Part shown: positions 62,252-64,000 of the stretch, one piece after another
Layout of the letters: the number at the start of each line of letters is the position of its first letter
Numbering within the stretch: position 1 is the stretch's first letter
Assembly (NCBI GenBank): GCA_040767085.1
Contig: JAXGPF010000014.1
Location: 32,001-96,000, forward strand
Direction of reading: 5' to 3'
Length of the DNA: 64,000 nt
Source of the DNA: Kiritimatiellia bacterium
Lineage (GTDB): Bacteria > Verrucomicrobiota > Kiritimatiellia > JAAZAB01
The notes under the pieces: model-generated
Told to the model about the DNA's origin: nothing
Seen by the model: the letters and a program-made list of their open reading frames with translations, nothing else
Database searches by the model: none
Translations under genes and position numbers: made by a program

Positions 62252-63121
62252 ATGAACCCAGTAATTAACAGTCCGCGGGCGAATAATGTCGACAATATTG
62301 TGCGCCTTATTGTCGATAGTGCGAGATTTGACGTTGTCAATCACACGATTTATGTTGGCACGTTTTTCGGCAAGGGGCATAGACATCCGGAACATTATCA
62401 GATGAGTTATGTTATCAGCGGGCGATGTGATGTGGTAATTGACGGCCAACGTTGTCGTGTTTGCCCGGGACGTGTTATATGGATTCCTCCGAATACTTTG
62501 CATTATTCCTGCCGACCTGATGAGCGTGAGCGCTTTGAGCTTGCGCAGACCAAGTTTTATTTATCGCGTAAGCCGAGATTTCAATTCCCGGTCATGATGA
62601 TGGTTCAGGCGCCACAGCAGTGGTTGACGCTCTTTCAGCAAATGTTAAACGAGTATTATAGCCAGCGGTATTGCCGTGAAACCGCTCTACGTCTATTGCT
62701 GGCCCAATTGGTGTTGTTGATGGCGGAGGAAATGGCGAGCGGATACCGGCGCGGAATAATAAGCAGAACTTACGATAGGGCAAAAACGCTACGGCGGACG
62801 AAAATCAATCAAGCCATCAGTTATTTGCACAATCATTATGGCGAATCATTAGGTTTAAAAGATATTGCCGCGCATGTCGGCATGTCGGTCAGCGCTTTAA
62901 GCCACGAATTCCGATTGGTAACCGGGCTTGCTCCGATTAATTATCTGATCAATTACCGTCTATCGCAGGCGGCTGTGCTGCTGGGCGACCCCCGTTTAAA
63001 AATCAGCGCGGTGGCTGATGCGGTTGGCTTTAATTGTCCATATTATTTTTGCCGGCAGTTCAAAAAACGTTATCGTGCCTCGCCGCGCGCTTATTATCGT
63101 AAAATATCTCATGCAAGATAG
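62252..63121 (+). CDS. AraC family transcriptional regulator
   Basis: Cupin HRHPEH...IPPNTLH; HTH KISAVADAVGFNCPYYFCRQFKK...SPRAY. Confidence 0.92.
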   Translation: MNPVINSPRANNVDNIVRLIVDSARFDVVNHTIYVGTFFGKGHRHPEHYQMSYVISGRCDVVIDGQRCRVCPGRVIWIPPNTLHYSCRPDERERFELAQTKFYLSRKPRFQFPVMMMVQAPQQWLTLFQQMLNEYYSQRYCRETALRLLLAQLVLLMAEEMASGYRRGIISRTYDRAKTLRRTKINQAISYLHNHYGESLGLKDIAAHVGMSVSALSHEFRLVTGLAPINYLINYRLSQAAVLLGDPRLKISAVADAVGFNCPYYFCRQFKKRYRASPRAYYRKISHAR

Positions 63122-63194
63122 TATAATAAATATGCGCGATCGTTCATTGAGCTTTTCCCGTGGCCTGATATAGATTTATGCCATAGGAGGAACC

Positions 63195-64000
63195 ATGGAC
63201 AAAATAAATGTCGGGATGATCGGATGCGGAATGTTTGCACGTGTAATGCACGCGCCCAACCTGAAAAAGAATATCAAGTATAAAATTCACGCTGTTATGG
63301 ATATTAATCCCCAAGCGGCGGAAAAAATGGCGCAGGATACCGGCGCCGCTTATGCCACGAATGACGTTAATAAAATATTTGCCGATAAGGACATTCACGC
63401 GGTCTTGATCACTACGCGCCACGATTCGCATGCGGCCCTGACAGTTCAGGCTGCCGCTGCCGGCAAACATGTTCTCTGTGAAAAACCCATGGGCTTAAAC
63501 CGGGATGAGTGCCGAGCCGTTGCGGAGGCAATCGCTGAATATGGGGTCAAATATACAGTTGGTTATAACCGCAACTTGGCGCCGATGGTGCAAGAGGCTA
63601 AAATACTGTTGCGCCGGATTTCCGGCAAAAAAATGATTTATCATCGATTGCAGGCGGCCTTTCCAGCAAATAGCTGGACACATGATCCCAAAGTAGGCGG
63701 CGGCCGTTTTGTCGGAGAGGGGTGCCATATATTCGATTTGTTATGCGAACTGATCGAAGCGCCTCCAGTATCTGTTTATGCAGCCGGCGGAATATTTTTG
63801 GATCCGGGGAAGGTCAACATACCGGACAGCGGGATTATTACTATTGCCTTCGCGGATGGATCCGTTGGAACAACATTGATCGCAAGCGCCGGTTGCAAAA
63901 CATTTCCCAAGGAGGCTACGGAAATATATTGCGATGGTCGAGCCATTATTATCAATGATTTCAAGGAACTATCCTGGCATGGGTTTGAAGGCGCGATCAG
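63195..64000 (+). CDS. Gfo/Idh/MocA family oxidoreductase (runs off the window; absent from the ORF track)
   Basis: AGGAGG RBS; MDKINVGMIGCG..., TTRHDSH, GKHVLCEKP, VGYNR, GEGCHIFD. Confidence 0.92.
   Translation, partial: MDKINVGMIGCGMFARVMHAPNLKKNIKYKIHAVMDINPQAAEKMAQDTGAAYATNDVNKIFADKDIHAVLITTRHDSHAALTVQAAAAGKHVLCEKPMGLNRDECRAVAEAIAEYGVKYTVGYNRNLAPMVQEAKILLRRISGKKMIYHRLQAAFPANSWTHDPKVGGGRFVGEGCHIFDLLCELIEAPPVSVYAAGGIFLDPGKVNIPDSGIITIAFADGSVGTTLIASAGCKTFPKEATEIYCDGRAIIINDFKELSWHGFEGAI

Overview
GC-rich bacterial window. The many AraC regulators, giant secreted CBM/glycoside-hydrolase-like proteins and beta-helix proteins suggest a PVC-superphylum (Kiritimatiellae/Lentisphaerae-like) organism; this is inference. 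1-8.4 kb is a defence island: tail of a probable helicase, type I R-M hsdR, a MITE, an SRA-like-HNH nuclease, a 2TM-NERD protein and a 780-aa fusion of SAM-methyltransferase + HNH nuclease + LexA/UmuD-type S24 autopeptidase that keeps its Ala-Gly cleavage site and Ser/Lys dyad (best candidate for an undescribed system). A cassette of divergent AraC, giant secreted CBM9-tailed protein and beta-helix protein ending in PGTL-x4 occurs twice (8.6-15.7 kb and 50.0-58.3 kb). One giant gene has a hidden +1 frameshift; the other is split by an ISL3 copy. There are two inverted ISL3 copies, each with its own 8-bp target duplication. The middle is mostly housekeeping/metabolic: MBL hydrolase, hrpB, clostripain, HDAC-family enzyme, GH29 fucosidase, tdh, lytic transglycosylase, rfbB, desulfoferrodoxin, split pntAA/AB/B, degT-uppS-cdsA-dxr-rseP-ispG, a frameshifted hybrid kinase and a sodium:solute symporter. 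Several non-coding repeat or structured elements lie between genes. No rRNA, tRNA or CRISPR array was seen. All family calls come from motif recognition by eye; no searches were run.
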